Shown one piece after another: positions 13,802-25,480 of a stretch of 64,000 bases of DNA. Source of the DNA: Octopus vulgaris (taxonomy: Eukaryota); the NCBI GenBank assembly GCA_951406725.2, contig OX597819.1, positions 103,726,001 through 103,790,000 on the forward strand. The letters are read 5' to 3'. The notes under the pieces are model-generated. The model made no database searches. It saw only the letters and a program-made list of their open reading frames with translations, and was not told where the DNA came from. How positions within the stretch are numbered: the first letter of the stretch is position 1; every line of letters starts with the position of its first letter. The position numbers and the translations under genes were made by a program.

Positions 13802-14538
13802 GGAGAATGGAGAGAAGTTGACATGTGTTGAGAAATTACATTCTAGTTTACCACCTGTCTGTCAATATTATATTGTAGTGATCGAGCGGTGTTAGTGTTC
13901 TATTGTGTATATTCGTGCATTTCCATGGAGTGATAAAGGCCATTTGAATATAGATAAACGGGAGATGAATGGGGAGATGATTGACAGCAACAGTGTGAGA
14001 GACAGACAGACAGACTTGCAGAGAAGTAGATATAAATTACTACAAGTCTTGAGCAGTTGATGCTCTTCTGCAAAAGCCCATATGAAAGTTTTTCTCCCAT
14101 ATCTGGGGAAGTATATTGCTACATAAAGATATGTATATGAGATTAACATGCCTGATTATCAGAGGCATAGTCATTTACGTTAGAGAAGATTACCTTAGAA
14201 AAACACCACATAGGTGACTCACTCACCAACAAACTAGAAATTTTAGATAATAAATTACCTGTGTTTCCTCTCTGTTATTGTAATAATAACTGCAGCAGTT
14301 ACTGCTTATCTGCTCTGTCGATTTGTTACCTTCTTCAATTCCAATGTACCTTTAATGATTCTCTTCACTTTTCTTAGTCTATCTCAACTTATCAAATATA
14401 CAAGAATTAAAATTTCTATCAAATGTTTTTGCCGTGAATGATTAAAAATGCATTTCTAGTGTAGCACGTGTACAGTTCATACGCAAAAAACGAGAGAAGA
14501 AAATAACATAAAATTGCATGAAGTCTGGTAAAGGAAAG

Positions 14539-14752
14539 GTTGGCACGCCGGGCGAAATGCGTAGCCATATTTCGTATACCGTTACGTTCTGAGTTCAAAT
14601 TCTGCCGAGGTCGACTTTGCCTTTCATCCTTTCGGGGTCGATAAATTAAGTACCATTTACGCACTGGGATCGATATAATCGATTTAATTCATTTGTCTGT
14701 CCTTGTTTGTCCTCTCTGTGTTTAGCCCCTTGTGGGTAATAAAGAAATAGGA
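14539..14752 (+). mobile_element. tRNA-derived SINE family A
   Basis: gcacgccgggcgaaatgc...gagttcaaattc (B box)...gaggtcgactttgcctttcatcctttcggggtcgataaattaagtacc; about 8 copies or fragments in the window. Confidence 0.85.
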
Positions 14753-15039
14753 AAGGTACCTACGTAGTTGCTGTTGAGATTATTAACAGAGAATCGAAGA
14801 ATTTTATATATATAGATTAAGCACACGTATTAAATGTAAATTTAAGGGTTAATATGTAATTGTGAATACCTTGCAGCATTGGTACTTGAACGGTAAATGT
14901 GTAAAATAAGATGATCTTGGAGTTATCGCATTAGAATTAAAAGTGAAAGAATTAAAGTGAAACAATGTTATAGTTAGAATTAAAAGTGAAGCAAAATTAT
15001 ATCACATTACAATATTGATGTTATTTTTTAACTTTTGAC

Positions 15040-15205
15040 ACGTAGTACAGAACCGGTCTAAGAGATTCCTCCGGGCCCGCGTTAGGCGAAGTGTTGAAAT
15101 TTTGGGGAGACCCATGAAGCTCCATGGACACTAAAATTTGAATGAAATCGGTTGGGTAGTTCTTGAGTTTTAGGGCTTCATACATACAGACAGACAGATA
15201 CACAT
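15040..15205 (-). mobile_element. Probable non-autonomous Helitron-like fragment
   Basis: aaaatttgaatgaaatcggttgggtagttcttgagttttaggg plus (CAGA)n; reverse complement of the motif at 20323-20390. Confidence 0.5.
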
Positions 15206-15236
15206 TCTCAGTTTTATGTGTGTATCTATCTATCTA

Positions 15237-15323
<87 letters not shown>

Positions 15324-15325
<2 letters not shown>

Positions 15326-15603
15326 AGGCGCAACGGCCTAGTGGTTAGGGCAGCGGACTCGTGGCCGTAGGATCGCGGTTTCGATTCCCAGACCGGGCGT
15401 TGTGAGTGTTTATTGAGCGACAACACCTAAAGCTCCACGAGGCTCCGGCAGGGGGTGGTGGCGATCCCTGCTGTACTCTTTCGCCACAACTTTCTCTCAC
15501 TCTTTCTTCTGTTGGCCTGCTCGCTTAGCCAGCGGGGTGGCGTCATTTGAAGGCTAAAACAATGCGTAGCGCATTGTGACCAGCGATGTGTAACAACATC
15601 TGA
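15324..15603 (+). mobile_element. tRNA-derived SINE family C, young-looking
   Basis: A box ggcctagtggttaggg and B box ggtttcgattccc; GC-rich CpG-retaining body; sits between (GT)n and (TA)n. Confidence 0.8.
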
Positions 15604-15882
15604 TATATATATATATATATATATGTACGTACACATACATATATTCATACATACATATAGATATATCAGATGCATTTAAACGCCTTAGCTTTACGCATGC
15701 AGGCAAAATCCATATGCAAATTAGCTACGTTGCGGGAAATATGTTCTGCTTTTACCAACACAAATCTTTCTAGCAACTTCGATGGAGGACAATAAATCAC
15801 AGCCTCTTTCAATGGCAAAATACAATAACAAAATAACAAAAATATACATATGAAATAAGTAACAAAAAAACTGCAAACCTGG

Positions 15883-16052
15883 TTTCTAATTCAGACACAA
15901 AAGCCACAAGTAATTTTGAGAGAAGGGGATTAACCAATAACATCGACTCTGCTACTTGATTGTATTGTTGCCATGGAATGAAAGGCAAAGTTGAGCTCGG
16001 AGGAATTTGAATTCAGAATGTAACCGAAAGCATTTTCCGACTCTCTAAAGAT
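15883..16052 (-). mobile_element. SINE family A, degenerate
   Basis: ggaatgaaaggcaaagttgagctcggaggaatttgaattcagaatg. Confidence 0.65.
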
Positions 16053-16438
16053 TCTGTCAGATCGTCATTTTAAATAGTAACATGACTTTAACTACGGATA
16101 TATAACAAAAGTACAAGTTCCTCATACAAAACCAGTTTATAATTACAATGCTCAGAGCTGATAATCACATGTTTCACATAAACTAATGTACTTCCATGGC
16201 GACTTCCCATATAGAATAATGCCAAAAATGCTCAACATTGACAAGATTTCCTCTTAAAGATCAGAAAATATTTGAACCCTGTCAGTTATTGATTTACCTT
16301 CAAAGTTCAATGTAATCTATTTAGGGTCACGTTTGTGCCTTCACGCGTATGTGTTTCAATCCAACAAATTGTCCTGAAACACATGAAAGCTTGTTCGCGT
16401 AATTAATATAAACCTCTTTACTTTCTGTCCCTTTAAGA

Positions 16439-16525
16439 AGTCGAAGAGGCAAAGTCAAAAGTGTCGAAGAGGCAAAGTCAAAGGAGTCGAAAAGGCAAAG
16501 TCGAGGGAGTAGAAGAGGCAAAGTT
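16439..16525. repeat. ~22-23 bp minisatellite, 4 units
   Basis: gtcgaagaggcaaagtcaaaagt and three variants in tandem. Confidence 0.8.
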
Positions 16526-18988
16526 GTTAGAACGTCAAAGAAAATACCTCGTAGTGTTTGTTCAGATCCTATACACTCTCACTTCAAATTATGGTTCTAT
16601 GTAATGACGTCATTATTGTTACTCAGATATATATTCTCCTAGTAATTCAGATTCTCAGTATAACTTGATCAAATTGGTACATATTGTTTTATACAATTTT
16701 GTAGATTTTTGGCGATTCCTTCATTAGCAATGCGTAGATGGTGTAACTCAGAGTATTGATAGAGCACAGTCATAATAAGTTTTCGATACTCTGATGTTCT
16801 GTTTCTGTCTTTCGCACCATCTAAACAAGAAACGGTTGTCGAGTGTTACCCTCTCACTTTCTGGAACAAACTGAATTAATGTAATTAGCATGTTCAGGTG
16901 GCTTTTTTTATATATATAACTTGGACGTATTATTGGTGTTTCCAGGATTGATTCGCATTTCTTAACGAAACTGAATATTTCGATGTTATATATTATAGAA
17001 CTATGTTTTTGAATTATTTCATTCTGATATTTGCAATAATCGGTGATTAGAAAACCCACAGCCATCTTATCAGTCTTTTCGTAAATTTCATTATCGAATT
17101 GTAAATTAGTTGCTCAGCTATACTTGATGCAATGCATGATATTTTTGGTTAGTAATTGTTTTTAGTCTGATTATGACTGAAATCAGACCGAAAATTTCAC
17201 CTCTGGTAGATTCATTTTAAATATTTTCACCACATCAATTTTTTTCATTTGGTAAGATATATTTGATATATTCTAGAGCTGTTCTTCGAACTGTGCCGAA
17301 TGATTCACACATGAAGAAGTTTTGGCTACGAGGTGAGGGATGGCGAAATGTAAACCACGAAACGAATCAACGGACGGCGTACTGAATATATCAAAAGCTG
17401 GAAATTGTTCATAGGAAAACGCGAAGTTTTTATTCCCTTGGGGTGACACACAGTAACTTACTATGGTGTTACTTGATTGCAATAACATCGTCATTGTTTT
17501 CATATGCAGAATAATGTCTTGCGGAGTCTCATATTTGTTTCACTTCTTTGAGTTACACCCATTTACAAGAGTCCTCAGTTAATGAATTTACAAGTATCCA
17601 TGACCACTGTCGCTGTGTCTACAGAGGGGAGAAATATGATGCTAATATCCCACCGAAGTGTCTTATGGGTATTGTTTCCGTTTTCGAACAGGCATAGTTT
17701 TAATATTTCACTACATTCTTTAATATTTCACTACATTTCACACTTAGCATTTAAGTTTTGCTTCCTCCTTTTTCAAATTGATTGACAGATTCTTCAGTTG
17801 ACATTATGATGTCTAAATAACAAACGCTCCAGAATTGTAGTGAAGCGTACAATTTTGTTCAACAATGAGTCTTCAGAAGTAATCAATTGAGATTGGCGAC
17901 CGATATTATCTGCTGGCGATTACAAAAGGCCTCATGGAATTGCTAGGTCGAAACAGAATAATAAAAGCACATAAAGTTAAATTTTAGAAATCTTACAGAT
18001 ATTATTTTTAGAGGGAAGGGCTTATATGCACTGGGAACTGATTCAGTCGTGGAATATTTCTGGTATCTTATGCCAGCAGTATAAAAAAATAAGGATCTTT
18101 TCTTTTTGAAAGCCAGATTTTCCTAGTTAACTAAACAATTTGAAACTTCGTATACTGGTAGAATGTGTCAAAAGAAAACATAATTGTAAACCAAAATGAA
18201 AACGGAATTGTAATTTCTAAGTTTAACGTTGTTTAAAAATTCGAATTTTAACCAATGATATTCTTTCTTTCGGCCTCATATTATTTACTGCTTCTCAAAA
18301 TATTGTTACTGTGACGTAAACAGCTATTTTGTCACGTAGTTAACGTAAACATGTAAATAGCTAACTAAAATGTAAACATCTCCGCTTATCATAAACTTCG
18401 TGGAGTATATATAAAATTTGTGTAGATCCTAAATAGCTACATACACATGTATACAAACATATGCATATATATATATATATACCTATACACACATATTCTA
18501 ATGCATATGCATATATGTGTATATATTTATAATGTGTGTGTATTATAGCTGCATACATTATATATATATATATAAAAGATGTTTACATACAATATATATA
18601 TGTTATATACATCTACATGTATATGTATGTATGAATATATAAGTACCACAGAATTTGGATCAAACTGTTTTGATCCATACATACACACACACACACCAAC
18701 ACTACAATCCATGAGACATCCTAACATAATCAATGCTACTACTATTATCATCATCATTATCATCATCATCCACTGCCGCCACCACCACCACCACCTCTAC
18801 AAAAACACCAACACTATAATTGCTGCCATCATACACATCCACTGTCACCACCACCACCACTGCCATGATAACCACATCTACCACAGCTGTTTGCTTACTG
18901 ATTACCCACTCACAAAATAGCTATCTACGTCACATTAACACTATGCAGCTAATAATTTCAAATGAAAACAGAAAATATGATTGGTTAA

Positions 18989-19080
18989 GGATAGAATAAG
19001 TACTGGGCTTACAAAAAGAACAAGTCCCGGGGTCGAGTTGCTCGATTAAAGGCGATGCTCCAGCATGGCCGCGGTCAAGA
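18989..19080 (+). mobile_element. SINE family B, 3' fragment
   Basis: gatagaataagtactgggcttacaaaaagaacaagtcccggggtcga...ctccagcatggccgcggtcaa, as in 60005-60095. Confidence 0.75.
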
Positions 19081-19423
19081 GTAACATTAAAAGTAAAATA
19101 TGTTTTATATGACACATTTGGGTTAGGGTTAGTGTCCGAAGGTTGAAAGTGTTTAGTTACAAAAAATATATTTCTCGATCTGCCGTTGAAAGGGTAAAGA
19201 TCCCTTATATTATTTATTTAAACCCTTTACAAACTAGAAGGGTTATGGGTCAAGAGGAAAATACATCAATCAAATGTTGGGAAGGCCATCGGTGGAATAA
19301 AACAACATTGTTCCTCAACAGAACGATAAGGCTCTATAGTTAGGGGGAAATTTACCCATTCAGTTTCAAAACTCAGGTGGAGCCAAAAGACGTCTCTACA
19401 CATACATACGTATACACACACAC

Positions 19424-19455
<32 letters not shown>

Positions 19456-19469
19456 CCAGACACCTTCAG

Positions 19470-19504
<35 letters not shown>

Positions 19505-20309
19505 GCTTGGATCGCTTTCAATGCCACTACGTCCCGTCCGATTCGCTCCAAAATTTACAGTGACATGTAGAAATAGGTGACGAAGCTCGTGGGCTACCTT
19601 AGAAATCCCTATCTTAAAAGGTGTGGTTCCTAGGGGCCATCTTCCTCACTCACGCTATTTCCTCCAGTACCCTCTCACTCCCCTTCATTTATAACTTTGA
19701 TAATTCCACTACTGTTATTTAAAGTATCTGTCACTCTCGCTATTTCCTCTCTTTTTCACTCACTCTGTTTCTTACCTTCCCATTACATCGGCGTTCTTAT
19801 ACGTATCTGTCTGTGTGTGTGTGTGTTCTACATATAAATATGTATATATAATGTATGTGTGTGTGTGTGTGTGTGTGTTCTATATATAAATATGTATATA
19901 TAATGTATATATACAAAGTGTATATATCTGTATTCATGTATATTAAACTTTTTCATACTTTTTCATAATTATATATATTTTTAAACAAAGTATAAATATA
20001 ATTTAATAGTTTTTATTTTCAATTTAATTTAGATTTATCAATTTTATATTTTCTATATTTTCTATATTATATTTTTTTTTTATGTTTTTGTTTTTTCACT
20101 GTTTGATTTGCCTAAAAATTCCATTTTTCACTTTTATGATTATACCCAGAGTGCTCTAATCGAATATGAACTGTCTTCCCATTGGCGGACGTTTGTCTTT
20201 TTTATTTTTGAAACAAACACATTGCCTCTTTCGTTTTAAAACAATAAAACAATACTACCTTAATACATTGGTCCAACAAACAAAACATCACCCACTCTCA
20301 TTCTTTTAT

Positions 20310-20523
20310 GTATCTGAGAATGTGTGTCTGTCTGTGTGTTTCCCTAAAACTTGAGAACTACACAACCAATTTCATTCAAATTTTACACATGACTTACTTA
20401 GGGTATAAGGAGTGTGTTGAGCTGGGCTCTGGGCACCATTGGGCTCACTGTCCGCGGCTACGAGACCACAGTGAGCGCTATGGCGACCAGCGCTCGCTCT
20501 GGGCGCCATTGGGCTCACTGTCC
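20310..20523 (+). mobile_element. Helitron-like fragment with GC-rich internal direct repeat
   Basis: tgtctgtctgtgtgtttccctaaaacttgagaactac...caatttcattcaaatttt (homologous to 15130-15200); 28-bp direct repeat at 20426-20453 and 20496-20523. Confidence 0.45.
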
Positions 20524-20540
20524 ATATATATATATAAAGA

Positions 20541-20613
<73 letters not shown>

Positions 20614-20614
<1 letters not shown>

Positions 20615-21009
20615 TAGCAGTGTCGCCCGGCGTTGCTCAGGTTTGTAAGGGAAATAACTATATAAGCATTTTTAGAGATGTAAAGTATAATAGCCATCTC
20701 AATATGGCTAACCACAAAGTGGGTGTGTTACTGTAGCTTTTTACATTCTGAGATTTAATAATACATTTTAGAGAGTTACTTCCCTTATATAAACCGAGCG
20801 AAAATGCATTAAAAATGCGGAAAAAATTATGGTAATTTTTTTTTAAATCGTAAACTCATCGTAGACGTGCGCTAATACCCAGAAGGGCTCGATATGAATC
20901 ACAACTATAAGATACCGGCTTTTGGTTACACTGCACCGCAAAATGAGGGAGTAGTTAGGAATCTAAATCGTAGGAGACAGACACACAACTTCACTTTTAT
21001 ATATAAAGA
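20614..21009 (-). mobile_element. Non-autonomous Helitron, copy 1
   Basis: Minus strand starts A|TCTTTATATATAAAAG and ends ...gagcaacgccgggcgacactgCTAG|T (5' TC, subterminal GC-rich hairpin region, 3' CTAG, A|T target). Confidence 0.85.
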
Positions 21010-21045
21010 TATATATATATATACACACATACACATATATATACA

Positions 21046-21091
<46 letters not shown>

Positions 21092-21174
21092 ATATTAGGG
21101 AATAAATCCAAATTTACAGGGAAAAATCAGATTTAGGATTGAATCCAATTTTATAGTAAAATATAATATAATAT

Positions 21175-21660
21175 TAGAGACAAAACCACTATTATGCAAA
21201 TCAAACAAAGAAAGACTTAATCCAATACATAAAAATGTTTATATAAATTAAATATAATTAAGATATCCACTACGATCGTTTCTTGTCACTTCTATTGACA
21301 TTCATCAGGTGGTTTCAAGACCTAAAATATAATCAATATTTTTAAGATATAAATTTGAAATGACTAATATATATAAAATATAAAATTATCAATGAAAATA
21401 TATATAATCAAGAACTAAAATAACCTCTATAAACGATTTATATAATTAAACCTAGTATATTTAAATTCTCATATTTAAAGATGAAATCGCTAATTTCAAA
21501 AAACAAAAAATAAAAAATATATATACACACATGCTCATGCACATATATCCATGTATGTATATAAGTGAATATCTTAATTATATTTAATTTATATAAAATT
21601 TTTTATGTATTGGATTAAGTCTTTCTTTGTTTGATTTGCATAATAGTGGTTTTGTCTCTA
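21175..21660. mobile_element. Penelope-like pLTR fragment in fold-back arrangement
   Basis: 92-bp inverted arms at 21175-21266 and 21569-21660 (2 mismatches), a hammerhead adjoining the left arm, and TA-rich flanks. Confidence 0.65.
21267..21312 (-). ncRNA. Minimal type I hammerhead ribozyme
   Basis: Minus strand: CCAC-CUGAUGA-a-UGUCA-auagaag-UGACA-a-GAA-AC-GAUC-GU-A|GUGG. Stems I, II and III all pair; palindromic GAUC loop III; GUA cleavage triplet. Confidence 0.8.
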
Positions 21661-21671
21661 CTATTATATTA

Positions 21672-21714
<43 letters not shown>

Positions 21715-21984
21715 AGGGAATATTATTCATAACTTACAGGGAAAAATTCAATTTCGGAATACTAAATCAAATTTCACAAAATATAATATATATATATATA
21801 AAATTAGAAAAAAACACCTTTTATCAATTCAAAATGAACAATTAAATTACACCATCTAGAAAATTACATATAATAGAAATATTAAATATAAAATAACAAT
21901 AATATACCGATGATTAAGTAATGTGCAAAATAATAAATAAATCGTATATATCATGAATTGATATATACGGTGTTTGTTTTTCTA

Positions 21985-22040
<56 letters not shown>

Positions 22041-22082
22041 CATAATTAAATCTCAGAATGAGATTGAAACAGTAATCGCTCG

Positions 22083-22175
22083 ATAATGTAATGTATAGAA
22101 GCCATCTTATCATGGCTAACCACATTGGGGATCCCCAATGTGGTTAGCCATGATAAGATGGCTTCTATACTTTAC

Positions 22176-22180
<5 letters not shown>
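22083..22180. repeat. 98-bp near-perfect palindrome
   Basis: ataatgtaatgtatagaagccatcttatcatggctaaccacattgggga|tccccaatgtgg...ctatactttacattat; 1 mismatch, no spacer, between (TA)n tracts. Confidence 0.9.
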
Positions 22181-22236
<56 letters not shown>

Positions 22237-22289
22237 TTATTACACACATGTGAGTGAGAACACTTTGAGATATTTTTGGTATCTAACAT

Positions 22290-22610
22290 ATGTCAGATAC
22301 TGCGAGCGCTGCTTCTGATTGGTCTATCCATGGTAATGACCCGAGGTCACACTGACAGCGCTGCTTCTGATTGGTCAATCCATGGTGATGACCCGACGTC
22401 ACGGTGACGGTACTACTTTTCTCATTCGTAAGTTACAACTAAACGTGAAGAATTTAGTTATTGGGTTAATAAAATATGGTCGTTTATTCGTGTGTAATAA
22501 ATAAAATACCAAACTCATTCCCTATGGATACCGTATTTATTACAACTCATTTACAAGCCACTCGTTGTAATAAATACGGTATCCATAGGGAACTCGTTTG
22601 GTATTCTCTA
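22290..22610. mobile_element. Structured repeat (52-bp tandem dimer plus terminal hairpin), possibly a Crypton-like non-autonomous end
   Basis: Units at 22305-22356 and 22357-22408 each contain ctgattggtc; perfect 29-bp stem 22518-22546/22564-22592, extended by aataccaaac/gtttggtatt. The family assignment is from recollection only. Confidence 0.45.
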
Positions 22611-22861
22611 TATATATTCAGTCAAACTAATGCACCTGCTTGTTATTCCTGCACCTGTCTTCGTCTTTTGTTGTTTTCTGTAAATATATCCTTTTATATA
22701 TGTGTGCTGCAAGATTCTTGATGTGAAACCGTGCGTTGAAACAGATATTGTTGTATTTCGAGATAGTTATTTTTTTCCCTCTTTTTGCCAAATAAACAGG
22801 CGCACTATATAATTCCCTTTTCACTCATTTATTACTGTTCTTATTCTAATTTATGTTTATC

Positions 22862-22904
22862 GTCCGGAAATCTTTCGTCACACCTCTGTGAACTCTTCAG
22901 CGAC
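22862..22904 (-). ncRNA. Type I hammerhead ribozyme motif, slightly degenerate
   Basis: Minus strand: GUCG-CUGAAGA-GU(u)CACA-gagg-UGUGAC-GAAA-gauuUC|cgGAC. Confidence 0.6.
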
Positions 22905-23130
22905 ACTTTCTGTCTTCGTGTGTACTCTTGCTCCGCTTTTATACATATACACACATACGCGAGTAAATATACGGGTAAAACCCTTGTAGTATGCTATATA
23001 AAGCTCGTATAAAGTCTTACTCAAAGAAGGTGCATTTCACACCTTGAATTGGTGATAATGATTACACAACATCTCACCAACGAACAAGTGTAAAAATGTG
23101 TCGAAACAATTGTAATGTTTATAGATAATG

Positions 23131-23199
<69 letters not shown>

Positions 23200-23314
23200 C
23201 ATGTATGTATGTATGTATGTATGTATGTATGTATGTATGTATGTATGTATGTATGTATGTATGTATGTGTGTATGTATATACTTACATATATATGTATAT
23301 ACAGATGCATATAT

Positions 23315-23625
23315 GGGTACAGGACGTCACAGAAGGTAAACAACAGGAAATACGAAATACGAAAATATGGAATACGAACTTTTTTGCGAACAGCGAAAGA
23401 AACAATATTATCGATTATGCCCGAAATTGCGTTTGACTCCTCTTGCTGATAACTGATGAAGAATTTGTGACCTTGTGTGTTTTCTGTTCGCCTGTGCATT
23501 TAGTATGTGTTCGTTTGTTTATTTACAATACGTTTATTTTTAATTATATATATATAGATATGTCATATTTTCCGTTTGTTGTCTTTTTATTTAATCCTGA
23601 AGATATTATTTATGTAACGCACGCA
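23315..23625. mobile_element. Probable Penelope-like terminal fragment
   Basis: Begins tgggtacaggac (reverse complement of the end gtcctgtaccca near 46300); A-rich half followed by T-rich half; contains ccgaaattgcg and ctgatgaag pieces. Confidence 0.4.
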
Positions 23626-23642
23626 CTCATTAATCTTTTACC

Positions 23643-23675
<33 letters not shown>

Positions 23676-23799
23676 ATGTGTGCGTGTGTGTGTGTGAGTG
23701 TGCGCGTGTGTGTGTGTGTGTGTGTAGTTCAAATTTACAGAAAACAAACGACGAAGACAGGTGAAAGAACAACAAGCAGAGTTTGAAAGTTTTTTAGTT

Positions 23800-23895
23800 A
23801 TAGAAATCGACCCCAGGACTTACTCTTTGAAACCCTAGCACTTATTCTATCGGTTTCTTTTTCCAAAACGCTAAGCTACGGGGACGTGTATATAT

Positions 23896-23974
<79 letters not shown>

Positions 23975-24195
23975 CGTAGGAGTGACTGTGTGACAAGAAG
24001 TTTGCTGCCTGGTCACTAGGTCAAATAGATTTGGACGATGGAAACTGAAAAAAGCCCGTCGTATATACGTGTTTGTGGGCCGGAGGGGGCTAGCTTCGTG
24101 CTTGTCCCAGACAACCGCTTGTTGACTTCCTTTCCATCCCCGCAACTTAGAAGTTCGACGAAATTAACCGATAGAATATGTCGAATGACTGAGAC
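23800..24195. mobile_element. SINE family B fragments (minus-strand 3' piece, then plus-strand deleted copy)
   Basis: aaatcgaccccaggactt...gctaagctacggggacgt, and ggcgtaggagtgactgtgtgacaagaag...ggaaactgaaaaaagcccgtcg. Confidence 0.7.
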
Positions 24196-24443
24196 AAGTA
24201 AATGTTTTTTTAGATATATCGTAGTAATATCTAATGTAGTTGTGGTTTACGACCAGTCAGGACGTTACCATTGGTTTCACACTTTTTATTCTCTTAGCAA
24301 TATAGACGTCTCCCACTGCTAAGAACGTAAAAGGCGCGAAAGCAATGGTGACTCCCTGACAGGCCATACCAGCCACATAGTTTCGGGTTCATTCACACTG
24401 CGTGGCACCTTAGAACCTCGGGTTGGATTCAAAATTCTACCAG

Positions 24444-24488
24444 GACACCTGATGAAGGCTGGAGAGTAAATCAGCCGAAATTTTGTGG
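24444..24488 (+). ncRNA. Type I hammerhead ribozyme motif
   Basis: gaCAC-CUGAUGA-a-GGCUG-gagaguaaau-CAGCC-GAAA-uuuu-GUG; core and 5-bp stem II intact, stem III decayed. The downstream tail to 24575 is shared with 720-808. Confidence 0.65.
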
Positions 24489-25078
24489 TAGCAACAAACA
24501 AGATGAGGACAAATATCCGTCCAATGTAAAAAATGTAAATATTGTACAGAATTCCTCATCTCTAAAATATAGAACAATTTATGATTGTTTCAAAAATTCC
24601 ATGTTGACTTAATCTTGCATTGTTTTTAAACGACTCCACAATTAATGATGTAGTCATATCCGTTGTACAGATACCCCGTTCATAGAAATGATCCCTCGCA
24701 ACTCTCTACAAAAAATAATATGCTGAAGTGTTTGTCTACCGCTTAAATATAGGACATTAATCAATGTTTATAGTGGACGGCACAGCGGTCACGTTTATAA
24801 ACATGATTGAAGTTAAGTCAAAATGAATTTGTAGAAATAATTGTAAACTATGAAACAAAAATAATAACGCGAACTCCACTTTTCAGTGCTTATTACTTCT
24901 GTAACCTCTCAGAGGAAACATGACTCCTCCTTCACTCCTCTCCACCCTTCATTTATGGTTTGAGAATAATTCTATAATTGTTGTAAACTGGAATGGAACT
25001 TACTCTCTTTCTGCTCACATCCATTCACCATTTAATGCTACTTGCTTTGCATCTTTTAGAGAGATAGATTAGATATAA

Positions 25079-25480
25079 CTAGCAGTATCGCCCGGCGTTG
25101 CTCGGGTTTGTAAGGGAAATAACTATATAAGCATTTTTAGAGAGTTATAGCCAAAAAATAGCAAAAAAAATGCATTAAAAATGGAAAAAAATGATGGTAA
25201 ATTTTTTTTTAAATCGTTGACTCATCGTAGACATTTTTAGAGAGTTACTTCCCTTATATAATAGCAAAAAAAAATGCATTAAAATGGAAAAAAATGATGG
25301 TAAATTTTTTTTTAAATCGTAGACTCATCGTAGACGCGCGCTAATACCCAGAAGGGCTCGATATGAATCACGACTATAAGATACCCGGTTTTGGTTAAAC
25401 TGCACCGCAAAATGTGGGAGTAGTTAGGAATCTAAATCGTAGGAGACAGACACACAACCTCTCTGTTATATATATAAAGA
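25079..25480 (-). mobile_element. Non-autonomous Helitron, copy 2
   Basis: Same termini as 20614-21009; contains an internal ~100-bp tandem duplication (catttttagagagtta...actcatcgtagac). Confidence 0.85.

Noticed and set aside
15324-15400. Possible tRNA gene (also 564-634 and 42330-42390)
   Set aside because: A and B boxes are present but there is no proper acceptor stem, and each runs into a repeat body, so these are SINE-type heads.
16439-16525. CRISPR-like repeat spacing (also 59135-59470)
   Set aside because: No unique spacers, eukaryotic context and no cas genes; ordinary minisatellites.
17273-17503. VNHS motif suggesting a Merlin transposase next to the TIR
   Set aside because: It lies outside the TIRs and lacks the surrounding D-x-W-x-x-Y and HTNxIE motifs; likely chance.
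19120-19132. TTAGGG telomere-like repeat
   Set aside because: Only about two units.
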